Assembly: GCF_006345805.1 (NCBI RefSeq)
Contig: NC_043001.1
Span: forward strand, 115,878,001-115,942,000
Reading direction: 5' to 3'
From: Octopus sinensis
Lineage: Eukaryota
DNA length: 64,000 nt
The translations under genes were made by a program, and so were the position numbers. Shown piece by piece: positions 37,341-52,501 of the stretch (its first letter is position 1; each line of letters opens with the position of its first letter). The notes under the pieces were generated by a model that had not been told where the DNA came from, did not search any database, and saw only the letters and a program-made list of their open reading frames with translations.

Positions 37341-39270
37341 TTTTTTTTTCTTCTTTCAAATTTGCTTCCATTTCTTGCCGAGTGTCTTCCCGACTCCTAG
37401 GGCAAAGAAACTCATAGTATACATTGGTAGGCATTAAACCAAACTCAGTAGTTCGTTCATTTTTTTTTTTTTTAAGTTAAATTAAAATACATGAGCAGCA
37501 ACAGTTCTCACATCGACAATGCTCTTCTCAATACGTGTGATGTACCAGTTAAGACAATCTTTTGCACTTCTTGCAGGGATGGTAAGCCAGGGATCATTCT
37601 CATATAATTTTCGGTTCCCTTCTTGATCATTCCTAGTGCTCCTACGATCACTGGTATTGTAACCGCCTTGAGATGCCACATTTTCTCAATTTCAATGAGT
37701 AGGTCTTTATATTTTATGAGCATGTCAAACTCTTTCGCTGAGATATTATGATCACAGGGGATGCTCATGTCGATCAATAAGCAAACTTTATTGTTTTGGT
37801 CTTTCACAACAATATCTGGTTTATTGGCCTTGATGGTTCGGTCTGTATGTACTGGAAAGTCCCACAGAATGGTTACATTTTCTCCTTCAGTTACAGCCTC
37901 AGGGTGGTGATTATACCACTTGTCGGCAGTTTTGATATTGTAATGCCGACTTATTAGCCAGTGTAGATATTGGCCAACTCTGTCATGTCTTAATTTATAC
38001 TCCACTGGTGCTAAGACTTTACATCCAGAGATTAGGTGGTCCACTGTTTCAATCATGTCATTGCAGAATCGGCATTTTGGGTCTGCTCCATTTTTCATTA
38101 CATTGGCCTGGTAGTTCCGGGTTAATAGGCTTTGATCTTGAGCAGCCAGGATGAAACCTTCGCTCTCTGCTTTTAGCCCTGAGCTCCGTAGCCACTGATG
38201 GGTTTGCTTCTGGTCAACATCAGCTTGTTTGCTACGGGCCACATATTTGCCGTGCAGAGGTTTCTCCTCCCACCTATCAGCCAATTGCTCGTGCGCTTTT
38301 TTCGTTGCCATTATTTTCACCTTCTTTGCAACAATACTTGCCGTACTTCCCTCGGGTTGTTCAGTTTGGGTATCCTGCACGAGATCAATAGCAATTTTTT
38401 TGCTTTCCGTTATGATAGAATGAAGCTTATTTCGTCTCTCGTGATATTCCACGAGCTTTAGCATCCAGTCATTCGTTATTTCGAGATATTTGGCCAGTCC
38501 AATTGTGGTTGTTTTGTAAGCTAGTTCAAATTGAATCAGGCCTCGACCTCCTTGGGCTCTGGGAAGGTAAAGGCGATCTACGTCTGCCTTTGGGTGGTGC
38601 ATCCTATTACAACTCAGCAGCTTGCGTACTTTCCTATCTATATTCTTACTTCACTCATATTCCAGTTCAACACATTGTAGCTATAAGTAACAACTGGAAC
38701 TGCTAAGGAATTTATAGCTAACACCTTGTTACGTGCATTTAGTTCAGATTTCAGGACTGCACGAACTCTCCTATAACATTCCTTCCTGATCTTCTCTTTC
38801 ATGCTTGCATGCTGAATACCAGAGCCTTCATTTATCCCTAAATATTTGTATGTTTGTTCTTGCTCAGGCTCTCTTATGACTGTGTCAACATCTAACACGA
38901 CTGAATTTGTGGTCTTCACTTTCCCTTTCTGGAAAGTGGCCTTGGCACACTTTTCAAGTCCAAACTCCATCCCGATGTCATCGCGGAATGCCTTTACAGT
39001 GCGCAATAGGCCTTCAAGTTCATTATTGTCTTTACCATAAAGTTTTAAGTCATCCATATAAAAAAGATGGCTTATTTTTTTATTGGCAATTTTATACCCA
39101 TACCCTGTTCTGTTTAATTCACTTGTAAGGGGTATTAGGGCTATGCAGAATATTAAAGGTGAAAGTGAGTCACCTTGAAAAATTCCACAGTTGATGTTAA
39201 TATTTTCTGAGGCAAGTACTCCATTAGAGTGGTATAATTGGAGATTCGTATTCCATTGTAATGAACAGCA
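37341..39270 (-). mobile_element. R4/Dong-clade LINE, family 1, 5'-truncated; RT plus CCHC finger plus restriction-like endonuclease, one frameshift
   Basis: ORF 38638-39057 (MDDLKLYG...YKYLGI) and ORF 37508-38602 (CRFCNDMIETVDHLISGC...RHD...ANKPDIVV...LIDMSIP...KYKDL). (TAA)n tract at the 3' end (37204-37340). Confidence 0.93.
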
Positions 39271-39551
39271 TCTTTATTTTAAATAACTGCAATTGTTTCG
39301 ACACATTTTTACACCTGTAGTATATTGGTGAGATGCTATTTAACTACAATCATTCACCCAAGATGTAAAATGCACCTCAGCAGGTGATTATTTAAATAAA
39401 TCCTATGTTTGGGTGTGATGTTATTAGGTACAATAATCTCATAGTCATTTCCTTTTGTTTATTGTTGTTGGCATGTACCACATCCATGTGTGGGTCTATT
39501 ATATTGTAGGAGCCAGTGACATAATAGTAATTATTATTATTATTATTATTA

Positions 39552-39601
<50 letters not shown>

Positions 39602-40129
39602 GGGTGAAAGAGCAGCGCGTGCCACCAAAATGACACTAGGGTAAAATATAGGAAGCCCAATATACCCTTCATTACTACCTGTCCGATAAGGGTACACCAG
39701 GCATATGCATCACGACCACATGTGCGCGACATGGTAATCTTATATCAAGATAAACAGTGCATCATCTTGCAGGTGGAACCACTTAGAATTTTCTTCAGGT
39801 TGAGTAGCCCATCCTGTTGAAAAGGTCCCTGAATTAGGTTTGTTTAAGGGTGATGAAAAGAACACCCGTGTTTCCAAAGGCGATTTATTAAAATCTCAAA
39901 GAATTACACTCAACACATGGCTATGATGCCTTCCCACTATTTCTATTCGTGATCAGAGACATTTCCATTTGGTTGAGGTCAAACAACTGACAAGCAAATC
40001 TGTGATAAAGAGCAGAATATTTGCTGTAGCCCATCAATTATACCAAGATAAAACAAGGTACATGATAACACTTCTAATCAGTTAAGAAGAAAAGCCACGA
40101 GAGACACAACCTGGTACTGCATCAGGGCA

Positions 40130-40308
<179 letters not shown>

Positions 40309-40514
40309 GTTTGACTTTTGCTTTATATTTGTACAAGTTGGCTCCAAGTCACACTCGGAGACCTCAAGAGACAACAGGTTGGAAGTTCACGTTGTTGTTA
40401 TGCATAGTGTGCCATATATTTGGTTGTTTTTGTGTTGTACTAGTGGATTCTAAAAAATGAAAAAAAAGAAAAAGAAAAAAATGTTTGTTTTAAACCTTGA
40501 GATTACATAGATTA

Positions 40515-40696
40515 TTATTTTTTTTTTTTTCTTCTTCTTTCAAATTTGCTTCCATTTCTTGCTGAGTGTCTTCCCGACTCCCAGGGCAAAGAAACTCATA
40601 GTATACATTGGTAGGCCATTAAACCAAACTCAATAGTTCGTTCATTTTAAATTAAAATACATGAGCAGCAACAGTTCTCACATCGACAATGCTCTT

Positions 40697-40700
<4 letters not shown>
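40515..40700 (-). mobile_element. 3' terminus only of a Dong family-1 copy
   Basis: Near-identical to 37341-37530 (ttcaaatttgcttccatttcttgc...acatcgacaatgctcttctca); followed by (TTA)n. Confidence 0.9.
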
Positions 40701-40753
<53 letters not shown>

Positions 40754-40756
<3 letters not shown>

Positions 40757-41845
40757 TAGTTTTATTTTTATAGCGTGCTTCCACTTCACTACCGAGCGCA
40801 GCTCTGTGTGCCTTGGGTATGTGCTGTGATTTGTTGTGATGCTCTGATGGTTATTGTATGGAAAGTGTTCTGCGTAGGATGTGTGCAGTGCCTAGTAGTG
40901 AAATTTTCTGTATGTTATATGTGTTTGTAAGTCCTGGTGTTTTTGTTATGTATTTGTCTGAATATTTTTTTATCATGCCTAATGCACCTACTATGATAGG
41001 AATTGTTTCTGTTTTCAGATTCCACATTCTAGTTACCTCTATTTCCAGGTCTTTGTATTTTGAGAGTTTCTCCATTTCTTTTAGAGACACGTTGTCATCT
41101 GCCGGTATTGATACATCAATTAGAAAGCATTTTTTTCTTCATGATCTCTGACAACTATATCTGGTCTGTTGGCCTTAATTTCTCTATCTGTGTGTATCGG
41201 CATATCCCAGAGTATGGTTGCTTTCTCGTTTTCTGTTACCTTTTCTGGTGTGTGCCGATACCATTTTTTTCTGTTGTTATTCCATAATGTTGGCATAGCT
41301 TCCAATGTATGTGGATTCCAACTCTGTCATGTCTGTGAATATATTCCTTCTTAGCCAGGACTGGGCAGCTAGAGATAATACCACCTTCTATACGTTGTAT
41401 ATATAGTCTTTCTATGTCAGATTTTGGGTGATGTATCCTAGATCCTGTCATTATTTTTCTTGTTTTCCTATCTATTTTGGTCAGCTCATTTCGTGTCCAG
41501 TTAAGAATATTGTAGCTGTAACTTATAACTGGGACAGCTAAAGTGTTAATACCTATTATCTTGTTTTTAGCATTGAGCTCTGTTTTTAGTATTGATCTAA
41601 CTCGTCTATAATATTCTTTTTTTATTTTCTCTTTCATTTGTGTGTGTTGTGTCTTATCTAGTTCATGGATTCCTAAGTATTTGTAAGTTTGGCTTTGGTC
41701 TAATTCTTTTATTTCATTGGTTTTATCTAGTGTGATGTTGCTACTCTTAACTAGTTTTCCTCTTTTCATGGTTACTTTGGCGCATTTTTCTAATCCAAAT
41801 TTCATATCTATTTCTTTAATAGTGTTTCCAGCTGTTTGTCATTTG
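40754..41845 (-). mobile_element. R4/Dong LINE family 2, internally deleted
   Basis: MKFGLEKCAK...YKYLGI...HHPKSDIERLY is fused directly to CPVLAKKEYIHRHD; ANRPDIVV; KYKDLEIEV...RRTLSIQ. Flanked by (TTA)n. Confidence 0.9.
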
Positions 41846-41855
41846 CAGCGTATAG

Positions 41856-41898
<43 letters not shown>

Positions 41899-41922
41899 TA
41901 TTATATTATATTATTATTATTA

Positions 41923-41949
<27 letters not shown>

Positions 41950-41953
<4 letters not shown>

Positions 41954-42749
41954 TAGTTTTATTTTTATAGCGTGCTTTCACTTCACTCGCGAGCGCAGCT
42001 CTGTGTGCCTTAGGTATGTGCTGTGATTTGTTGTGATGCTCTGATGGTTATTTTATGGAAAGTGTTCTGCGTAGGATGTGTGCAGTGCCTAGTAGTGCAA
42101 TTTTCTGTATGTTATATGTGTTAGTAAGTCCTGGTGTTTTTGTTATGTATTTGTCTGAATATTTTTTATCATGCCTAATGCACCTACTATGATAGGAATT
42201 GTTTCTGTTTTTAGATTCCACATTCTGGTTACCTCTATTTCCAGGTCTTTGTATTTTGAAAGTTTCTTCATTTCTTTTAGAGACACGTTGTCATCTGCTG
42301 GTATTGATACATCAATTAGAAAGCATTTTTTTCTTCATGATCTCTGACAACTATATCTGGTCTGTTGGCCTTAATTTCTCTGTTTGTGTGTATCGGCATA
42401 TCCCAGAGTATGGTTACTTTCTCGTTTTCTGTTACCTTTTCTGGTGTGTGCCTATACCATTTTTTTCTGTTGTTATTCCATAATATTAGCATAGCTTCCA
42501 GTGTATGTAGGCCCCAACTCTGTCGTGTCTGTGAATATATTCCTTCTTAGCCAGGACTGGGCAGCGAGAGATAATATGATTTATTGTTTCTTGTCCATCT
42601 CCACATATTCTGCAGTTACTTGTTATATTTCTTTTCATTACATGTTGTTGGTAATTTTTGGTGGCGAGGTCTTGTGCTGCAATTAAAAATCCTTCTGTCT
42701 CTGCTTTGAGTCCTGAGCTTCTCAACCATTGCTGGGGTTTTTCTTTGTC

Positions 42750-42750
<1 letters not shown>
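41950..42750 (-). mobile_element. R4/Dong LINE family 2, second 5'-truncated copy
   Basis: 3' end nearly identical to 40754-41370; WLRSSGLKAETEGFLIAAQD...CRICGDGQETINHIISRC; (TTA)n on both sides. Confidence 0.9.
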
Positions 42751-42831
<81 letters not shown>

Positions 42832-42877
42832 TTAATAATAATGATAATAATAATTATTATTATTATTATTATTATTT

Positions 42878-43875
<998 letters not shown>

Positions 43876-43945
43876 TTATCCTCATCCTCCTCCCCCTCCT
43901 CCTCCTCCTCCTCATCATCATCATCATCATCACCATCATCATCAC

Positions 43946-43980
<35 letters not shown>

Positions 43981-44033
43981 CAATCATCATCATCATCATC
44001 TTCATCATCATCATCATCATCATCACCAACATC

Positions 44034-44065
<32 letters not shown>

Positions 44066-44124
44066 CATCATAATCATCACCATCATAATCATCATCATCA
44101 TCATCATTATCATCATATGAAAAC

Positions 44125-44382
44125 TCACAGCTTACTTTTCTGGGTTTGATGGAAAGTGTTACTTGCTTACTGTTTATACTTCAAGAACCCTACGAAGAAT
44201 TCTTGCGTTCCAAGCAATGCTGATTTCTTTTAGGTGTTCTACCTTCACACTTGTAACAATTGTTTTCAGTCATGCTGGTAGTTGAGTGCTAATACTTCCA
44301 AATTTACCAATTACTACTGGTATCACATCTACTCTCTTCATTGTCAACAACCTTCTATTTCTCACTTCAGATAGTCATGGTT
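44125..44382 (-). mobile_element. R4/Dong-like 3' fragment, a further family
   Basis: Minus-strand translation VDVIPVVIGKFGSI...ARILRRVLEV matches the RLE C-terminus of the neighbouring copies; (TTA)n adjacent. Confidence 0.7.
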
Positions 44383-44406
44383 GTTTAATTATTATTATTA
44401 TTATTA

Positions 44407-44472
<66 letters not shown>

Positions 44473-44539
44473 GTTGTTATTGTTATTGTTATTGTTGTTG
44501 TTGTTGTTGTTGTTATTGTTATTGTTATTGTTATTGTTA

Positions 44540-44601
<62 letters not shown>

Positions 44602-45232
44602 GTTGTTGTTCTTCTTCTTCTTCTTCTATTTTTGTTGATGTTGTTGCTGTTGTTCTTGCTGTTGCTCCTTCTTGAAAAACACTGAAAATATTCAAATGTA
44701 TACATCAAAAATGATTATTAATTTTCCCCTTCTTAATTAAGAGTATTACTATACATGTCTGTGCCGCTGAAGCTATAAAATGTACAACACTGTAATCTCT
44801 CAGTTTCTGCGCTGGTACGTCTCTAGTTTTAAAACCAGTTGCTACATAGAATAAACACGTCCTTCTTAGCGCCAAAGCCGCCCGTCTAAATGAGTTTTCT
44901 CAGACAGAGCGGCGCAAGATCCCTACCACCAAATTCCCGACACTAAAATGTCCCTAAACTACAATAAAATAGAATCGTTTCAAGTGGCTAGTAATCTTAT
45001 TTAAAGGTACTTTATTATTCAATATCTAAGCTAAAAGAGAATAGAACCTTAGTGCTTCCACTTTCTACTAGAAACCATTTCGCAATATTGATGTTATTAA
45101 CAACACTTAGAAAAATTAATGTCATAAAGTTTATAAACCTGCTCAAATTTTATCATCTTTGTTTCTAGTAAAATCCCATAGGAATTTCTCTCTTGATCTG
45201 AAACGCATTCAGAGTTCTCTTTACTATTACAG

Positions 45233-45390
45233 TAACCTCCGAAACAATAACCTTATGAAGTGTGGATGTCACTTGCCAGCCTTCGTTAAGGATATTAAAA
45301 AAGTCTATAACAGAAATGTGGCTGTCTCTGGCGCGTGTCAGGAAGACTCAGGGAAACTAATACGTATACTGGATTATTCGCAATGTCAAA
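45233..45390 (+). CDS. Final LRR plus LRRCT exon (158 bp, phase 2-1): NLRNNNLMKCGCHLPAFVKDIKKVYNRNVAVSGACQEDSGKLIRILDYSQCQ
   Basis: ctctttactattacag|T AAC...CAA A|gtaagt; four Cys in an LRRCT-like CxC...C...C spacing; in frame with both flanking exons. Confidence 0.9.
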
Positions 45391-46089
45391 GTAAGTAAAA
45401 TTCTCATTTCTTCTTTTCTTTTATTATTAATACTAAGAAAATCTGGGTTATTCTCTGAAGCTTACAATATAATGTCTTATGAAACAGAAACTATAGATAA
45501 AGATATGAGGAATAAACGTTTTACCATTCGAACGCTTTACATTCACATCTTCTCTCCAACGAACTTATAGATTCAAATGTATCGCACAAACCATCAACAA
45601 CACACACACATACACACGCACACGGGCGCGCGCGCGCACACATACACAAACATACATACGCAAACATTCACAACAGCGCACGCATGAATGTACGCTGACA
45701 TGTACACACACATATGCACGCAGACATACTCTCTAACCCTCTCTCTCACGTACATTCTCATTCATAACTACATAAGTATAGAACAAAAACAAATGAGTCA
45801 TCGAAGCGGTCACGAATGACAGCAAAATGTCGCTAACAACCATAACTGGTTGATAGGTTAACCAAACGGTTAATCAAACATTCATTTAGTTAATTCGTTA
45901 ATAAATTGTTAACAAAGTGACGAATATTAAAGTGAAATAGAACCAGTACGTGTGTTTATTATTGGCTAAATGACCCTCCCGAGATACAAAAAATGTTCCA
46001 GCATTCGATCCTGAGAAGAGGAAAATTTGGTAACAAAGCCAAACACACTATCTTCAGTTTGGTTTTCGTGCCCATCCTCATCTGTGATC

Positions 46090-46400
46090 ATGTATATTGG
46101 CTAACGACCGAAAGAGTCTGATCTCAAACAGAAGCGGCCGAAATGGGATTCCTCCGAAAAAAACTGGAGTAGCTTTACTCGACACAGTGTGTACCTTGGA
46201 GAAGAGGGAGTCTCTCCAGATCAAGTCGGTACTTTTCCGTATTGTGCCACTACATTTCCGGTAATGCGGACATGCGATTAGGATGTCACATGACAAAATC
46301 GCAAGATCGATTCTTTAAAATGATGCAAAACAGCAGGGAATGTAGAGGTAGACCAAAAAGAGATGGCTAGAAAATATCCATAGCCTCATTTGGTCATGCT
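46090..46400 (+). mobile_element. Decayed RTE-like LINE 3' fragment
   Basis: HAIRMSHDKIARSIL...G.CRGRPK.RW-like remnants across frames; boundaries approximate. Confidence 0.5.
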
Positions 46401-46680
46401 TGAGAATTCAATCAGTATGCGTATTGGCAGTTGCCTCTGATAGTACCCTATGCAGGAGGTACCTGAGGCACCGGATGTCCTCATGACCCTCCCAGGAATA
46501 ATGAGCGTTGAAGATGGTAGATGGATGGATATATACGTTATTAAATATAGCGATTTTATGTCACATTATATTAAGGAAAACTTAGTGTATTGGTAAAGAG
46601 TCAAAGGCCTTGAAGAGCATAAATATAAAGTTGTAGCTGACAAAAAGCTGATATGGAGGACTGGAAGCCATCTAAATATT

Positions 46681-46873
46681 CTTTTCTACTCTAGGCACAC
46701 GGCATGAAATTTTGGGGTAGAGGGCCAGTCGATTAGACGTAACTGCTACCCCGAAATGATGAAAGGTAAAATCGACCTCGGTAGAATTTGAACACAGAAC
46801 GTGAAAATACAGACGAAATACTGCTAAGCATTGTGCCCGGTGTGTTAACGTTTCTGCCAGCTTGCCGCCTTTA
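46681..46873 (-). mobile_element. tRNA-derived SINE with 16-bp TSD
   Basis: TSD aagccatctaaatatt at 46665-46680 and 46874-46889; minus strand starts ggcggcaagctggcagaaacgttaac. Confidence 0.88.
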
Positions 46874-47607
46874 AAGCCATCTAAATATTGGAAAAGAGAA
46901 ACCTGTATTCATGATAATTCATGACGGTTACCACAATTCAGACTCCATCACTGCTGTTCAATGCTCTGGGAACACTGTAAAGTCAGCAAGACGTGACATG
47001 GACGGTTGCAGCAGAATATATAGGATAAAACTCGAATAAGAGAGAAAAGTTGCTTCAGAAGATCAAATACAAGAAAAAAAAAGGGCAAAATGCAGGCAAA
47101 ACATTCAGTAATGTAAAATGTCTGAAAAAGATGGCACACTTCATGAAGGTCAAATAATGTAAACGGTACAAGCAAAGGGTTGGTACACATGGGTTAAGTG
47201 AGAGACAGAAAATGGCTGACGAAAGAAGGAGAGAAGAGCAAAAGTGGTTTTATTCGAAGAAGAGTGAACACGAATGGAAAGGGAGAAAAGAAGGGTGCGG
47301 TATGTGTGCGTATAGGGGAGGTAAACTGTTGCAGTTAGTAGGAGCCAAGCAGTAGTGGGAGGAAAAGGGAGGAGGAGGAGGAGAGAGAAGTGAGTGGTTT
47401 AGAGATACAAAGCAAAACGTTGGGTGCAAAAGTGAATGTGTGAGGGCAGCACTTGTGAGTATGGGTATGTGTGTGTGAGTGTGTGTATGTGTTTGAAGAG
47501 TGAGTGTGCGGGAATATGTATGAGTCTATGTACCAGTGTGTATGCATTTGTATGTGTGTGTCAAATGTAGAATATCCAATGGGACAAAGTTGTGTGTATG
47601 TGTGTGC

Positions 47608-47639
<32 letters not shown>

Positions 47640-48069
47640 TTGTCTTTGTGTGTAATAAAGTGTGCAGAGAGTAACTGTGCTACCGAAGTGAGATGTGTAG
47701 GTAGAAACTGTGGTCTAGCGTGTGAAGTGTGTATAAAGTGTAAATGTGGGCGGAGGGACAAATAATGTGAGGATGTGGGTTGGTAAGAGTGATGCTGCGG
47801 AGGAGATAGAGGAAGAAAACGAAGTAGAGAGGTAAAGTATATATTTAGCGCTTAGCCAGGAAGACAATCAATGCTCATGATCATTCAGAAGGCTGCTGTG
47901 ATTGGTTGGGGGAAAGTAGGAAGATATCCTGAAACCAAAGACCTGCCTTGATTGTTTACAACAGAGAAGAATCCGGCATAAACAGCGAAAGTTCCAAATG
48001 ACAGACTTAAAATGGGGTCCGATTAAGAACATCACTCGAGAAAATATATGAGTCAGTATGTATCTGTAT

Positions 48070-48545
48070 GTACATACGCACATACATACATACATACATA
48101 CATACATACATACATACATACATACATACATACATACACATACGTACATACGTACATACATACATACATACATACGTACATACATACATACGTACATACA
48201 TGCATACATACATACATACATACATACATAATACATACATACGTACATACATACATACATACATACATACATACATACATACATGCATACGTACATACAT
48301 ACGTACGTACATACGTACATACATACGCACATACATACATACATACATACATACATACATACATACATACGTACATACGTACATACATACATACATACAT
48401 ACGTACATACATACATACGTACATACATGCATACATACATACATACATACATACATACATACATACATAATACATACATACGTACATACATACATACATA
48501 CATACATACATACATACATACATACGTACATACATACATACATAC
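48070..48545. repeat. (TACA)n tetranucleotide microsatellite
   Basis: Direct reading. Confidence 0.98.
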
Positions 48546-48589
48546 TCATGGATGCTAGAAGCCATTCAGCTTGCTAAATTTCCAGTGGG

Positions 48590-49620
48590 CCATAATCAAA
48601 GCCATAGCTGACCTGATTCCATTGTGGGCAACCATCATGAAATTAAACACTAAGAGTGACTATTATCACTGACAGAATACAATATCGCAAAGGCATATTC
48701 CAAGGGGACAACCTCGTTATGATGTTGTTTATACTTTCTGCAAACCTCATGTCATTCATGTTAAGGATATCTCATTGGTTCACAAGGAAACAGAAGTTAC
48801 AAAATTGAACGCTGTTTCTTTGTGGATGACTTAAAAACTTTATGCAAAGAATATGGATGAGATGAAAAAGAGCCTTGACCAAGTCACAACATTCTCAAAA
48901 ACTGTAAGGTTGGCGTTTGTTCAGGATAAATGTTATATGGTTGTGAAAAGGGCGAAAAATGTAAACCAGACTAGCAACATCGGCATCAATGACCGGACAG
49001 TTTCCCCTATATCTGAAGAGGAATGTTACAGATATCTAGGGGTGGTTGAAAATATATCTCATAACAGCACCTGTAACAAAACAAGTGCTTTTTTACAGGT
49101 ACCATTAACTTACAGGTGTCATTAAAGTATAAACAAAGAACATTACAGCTGAATAAATCAAATTTCGACCTCAGAAATCTATGCATTCAATAAAACATTG
49201 GCCCACAACGTGTTTGCTGTGCAAGTACTCATGCTGACATTTGGGCTGTTTTATTGGACACTTGATGAGATCCGAGCTGTTCATGTGAAAACCCGGAAAA
49301 TACTGACAAGTACACATAATTTCCACATAAACGGTGAAGTAGACCCCCTCTCCTTAAAACGAAAACAAGGCGGCAGGGGCTTAACATCGATGCAGAATGC
49401 CTTTGAATGTCGTATCATATCCTTTCGGTAACATCTTATAACCACAAATGTCAAAGTGCATTCCTTGACCAAGTTTGCACAATTCATATGACTTGGAAGG
49501 CAGCTCCTTGAGCAACATTCCTTATCTGATAACAGAATACATGCTCAAAGATGTCGCACGACTCTACCGGAACGTATCATTAGATGAACGGATGAGGATC
49601 TATAAACAGAAGACTATGCA
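48590..49620 (+). mobile_element. Decayed R4/Dong-like RT fragment
   Basis: FQGD-like ccaaggggac, FVDDLK, YRYLGVVEN, LSLKRKQGGRGL; many stops. Confidence 0.75.
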
Positions 49621-49921
49621 TAGATATGTTGGTAGAAAGTTCCGAGATGATGGCAATATTGATGTTGTTGAAATTCCAATAAAGGAGCCGTAGGTGTAGG
49701 ATAGAAACTCTCTCCTTCTCTATTGCCAAGAAATCTTGAAATAACAGTGAATAATGACATACATACATACATAATACATACATGTATTATTATGGCTGCC
49801 CCCTTGTTACCGAGTATGGCCATTGCACGAAGCTTAACTGTTACTGGTGCTGTGATCGAATGTGACTTTTTAGCCCAGCTAAATATCTACAATGTATTTT
49901 ACAGGATTGGCAACTAAAACC

Positions 49922-49924
<3 letters not shown>

Positions 49925-49953
<29 letters not shown>

Positions 49954-50043
49954 CATACATACATACATACATACATACATACATACATACTTACATACAT
50001 ACTTATATACATACATACATACATACATACATACATACATACA

Positions 50044-50077
<34 letters not shown>

Positions 50078-50092
50078 CTTACATACATACAT
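49925..50092. repeat. (TACA)n microsatellite
   Basis: Direct reading. Confidence 0.98.
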
Positions 50093-50587
50093 AAATGTGT
50101 GTATATTGGAAAAAGCACAATATTAGTGATCATAATTTTTATTGTTTATCCAAATATTGTTTTCCTCACTTCACATATTATGGCCTTCTTCACATACTAT
50201 ATGACATTGCAGCACAACTTAAATGAGATTCTCAGGTTTCATTAGGGAGTTCCCACTGCAACAATGCTTGCAACTTACAAATTTAATCCCTTTATTTGAC
50301 TTGTTCAACGATTTTCACGTGTTTGTTACATCAGAATACTAAAAGGACAACAAGTGGCTTTCATGCTTCTCTCAGTTGAATTTGTGACATTATTGAAACG
50401 TTTCCAAATGAACATGAAAATGGGTTTATAGTCTTTGTTAATAATTTGCTTTATATGTCTAACATGTATTGATTTCAATACTAACACGCATACATTTGTT
50501 TTTGCATCTGAAAGAAAATATTTCTTGTTATTGCTATGCATTGCATTATTTGGTTCATAAATACAGATATTTACTTGTATTCTGTAG

Positions 50588-50679
50588 ATTACTCGTTATC
50601 TCAACGGAATTTACAGTGTCAAACATGTTCAGGAATCATATGCAATGATTCAAAAGTGACAAGCTGTCCAGAAGCAGAG
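50588..50679 (+). CDS. Ly6/uPAR-like domain exon 1 (92 bp, phase 1-0): (N)YSLSQRNLQCQTCSGIICNDSKVTSCPEAE
   Basis: cttgtattctgtag|AT TAC...GAG|gtaaac; LxCxxC start typical of LU domains; phase matches both neighbours. Confidence 0.85.
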
Positions 50680-52111
50680 GTAAACTGGATTATTACTTTC
50701 TTTCATTTCGTTAAAATATATCCACAGCCGTCACTCGAAAGTCATTAAGTCCACATAGATTGTACTATGCTTTCGCTAGTTTTTTTTATGCGCCTGCGTA
50801 GACATACACACACCCTATCGATCTTTTTATTCATGACTCAATGGGACGAGAAGGATGTGACGATTGAAGAGAAAAATAGATGAACATCACTAGGTTGGGA
50901 CACATTTCCCTCGATTGGACTGGAACAAAGTGAAATGAAATGCCTTGTTCAAGGACACAATGTTCTTCCCTGTCCAGGAATCCCTATTCAAGAAACGAAC
51001 ACACGAACTTAGAGTGACCTTTCTCCGACAAAACATGGCTGTCCTTAGAGTAGGATGTATGAATGTATGTGGCCAGAAGTCAACTTGGAATCAAGGTTCC
51101 TTGTCGAATGACCTCGGGCCACTTACTTTAGAGGGGATAACCGGATGTCAGATCTGGCCCTACCATCTATCAGAGATTACAGGGAGCGGATTAATGAAAA
51201 AGTTAAGAAGTAAAAGACCGTCTCCTTCGTCTGTTGGCCATAGCAAAAGTGGTTGTTTGATAGACAAGATTATGAAATGTTCGAAACAGATTAAATCTTC
51301 CCTCACATCAAGTAGTACAATAAGCTTCACAGAACATAACGGATTGGAGTCATATTATTTCAACAGGAATAGGTGAAAGCTATACGATTAAACGCAGCTA
51401 AAACACAAATTAAAATTGTCAGGCATATCTCTGAATAAAAAGTTGTACATTGGTGAAACACAAGAGAAACAATAAAAGACACCGGTAATGACACAGATCA
51501 ATGCTTCACATTAACTGAACTACGAGAATATAGGAGAATAGAGCGTGACATAAGAGCATGGCCGAATTCTGTTGCTTGTTTTATTGTCTGTTTTGATCTC
51601 AGACATTTCTGTTTTCTTGAAGCTGAGTTAATTTCTTTAATGATACATTCATTTGCAATCACAGACTCCATTGGCTCTTTTGAAGACGCCAGCCTACCGA
51701 CACTATCATTGGTTATTTTTTCATGACATCCTCACTCAGTTTGGGAGATCCAATTTTCTTTCTAAAACTTTTCCAACATTGGAAGAAACGAGTTTCAATT
51801 TCAAACTAAGGCAACGCATATCTTATTTCTAACTTCAATGTCTACATTTTCATTGCTTTTATTATTGTTAGGTGTTTGCGATTATTAATTGCGTTTTCGT
51901 GATGGATTCTTTTCTTTAAATATTTTTCTCCACTTTCTCCGATATTTTTCGTTTTCAGAATGTCCCTCATTAAGTTAACAAGACCTTGGTTCTCTCCAAA
52001 CTTTATACTAATTTCTCATATTTTCATATAAAATTTGTTGCTGTAATTAGCAGTAATCGTACTAATAAATATTGTTGTTGTAGTGTATAATTTTCATATC
52101 TATTATTACAG

Positions 52112-52295
52112 CCTGTATGCCGATTCGCAATATCAATGAACGGTGCTAAACTGAAGACTGAAAGGTCCTGCAGCACATACAGAAAATGTGTTGCAGCTAT
52201 GAGAAACAATACCCTTACATGCAATAAACGGACGAATGGCACGTCTTGTACTGGTTGTTGCGTCGGACACTTATGTAACAAGAATGATTTCATTG
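52112..52295 (+). CDS. Ly6/uPAR-like domain exon 2 (184 bp, phase 0-1): PVCRFAISMNGAKLKTERSCSTYRKCVAAMRNNTLTCNKRTNGTSCTGCCVGHLCNKNDFI(G)
   Basis: tattattacag|CCT...ATT G|gtaagt; ends in the CCxxxxCN signature of three-finger/LU folds. Confidence 0.9.
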
Positions 52296-52408
52296 GTAAG
52301 TGTTATTTATTGTCTAATATAACACTAACAAGTTTATTACAAATTTATAGTTAATAAGAACATTTTATAGTAATTAATATACGGGAAGATATTTTGATGT
52401 GTGTATAC

Positions 52409-52447
<39 letters not shown>

Positions 52448-52501
52448 TAGTGTAGGAAGAAATGGAGCTGAACGAAGATTTAACAAAATTCCTTTTTATT
52501 A

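Noticed and set aside
47868-48577. MYVC/HTYI repeat ORFs on both strands
   Set aside because: (TACA)n microsatellite translation.
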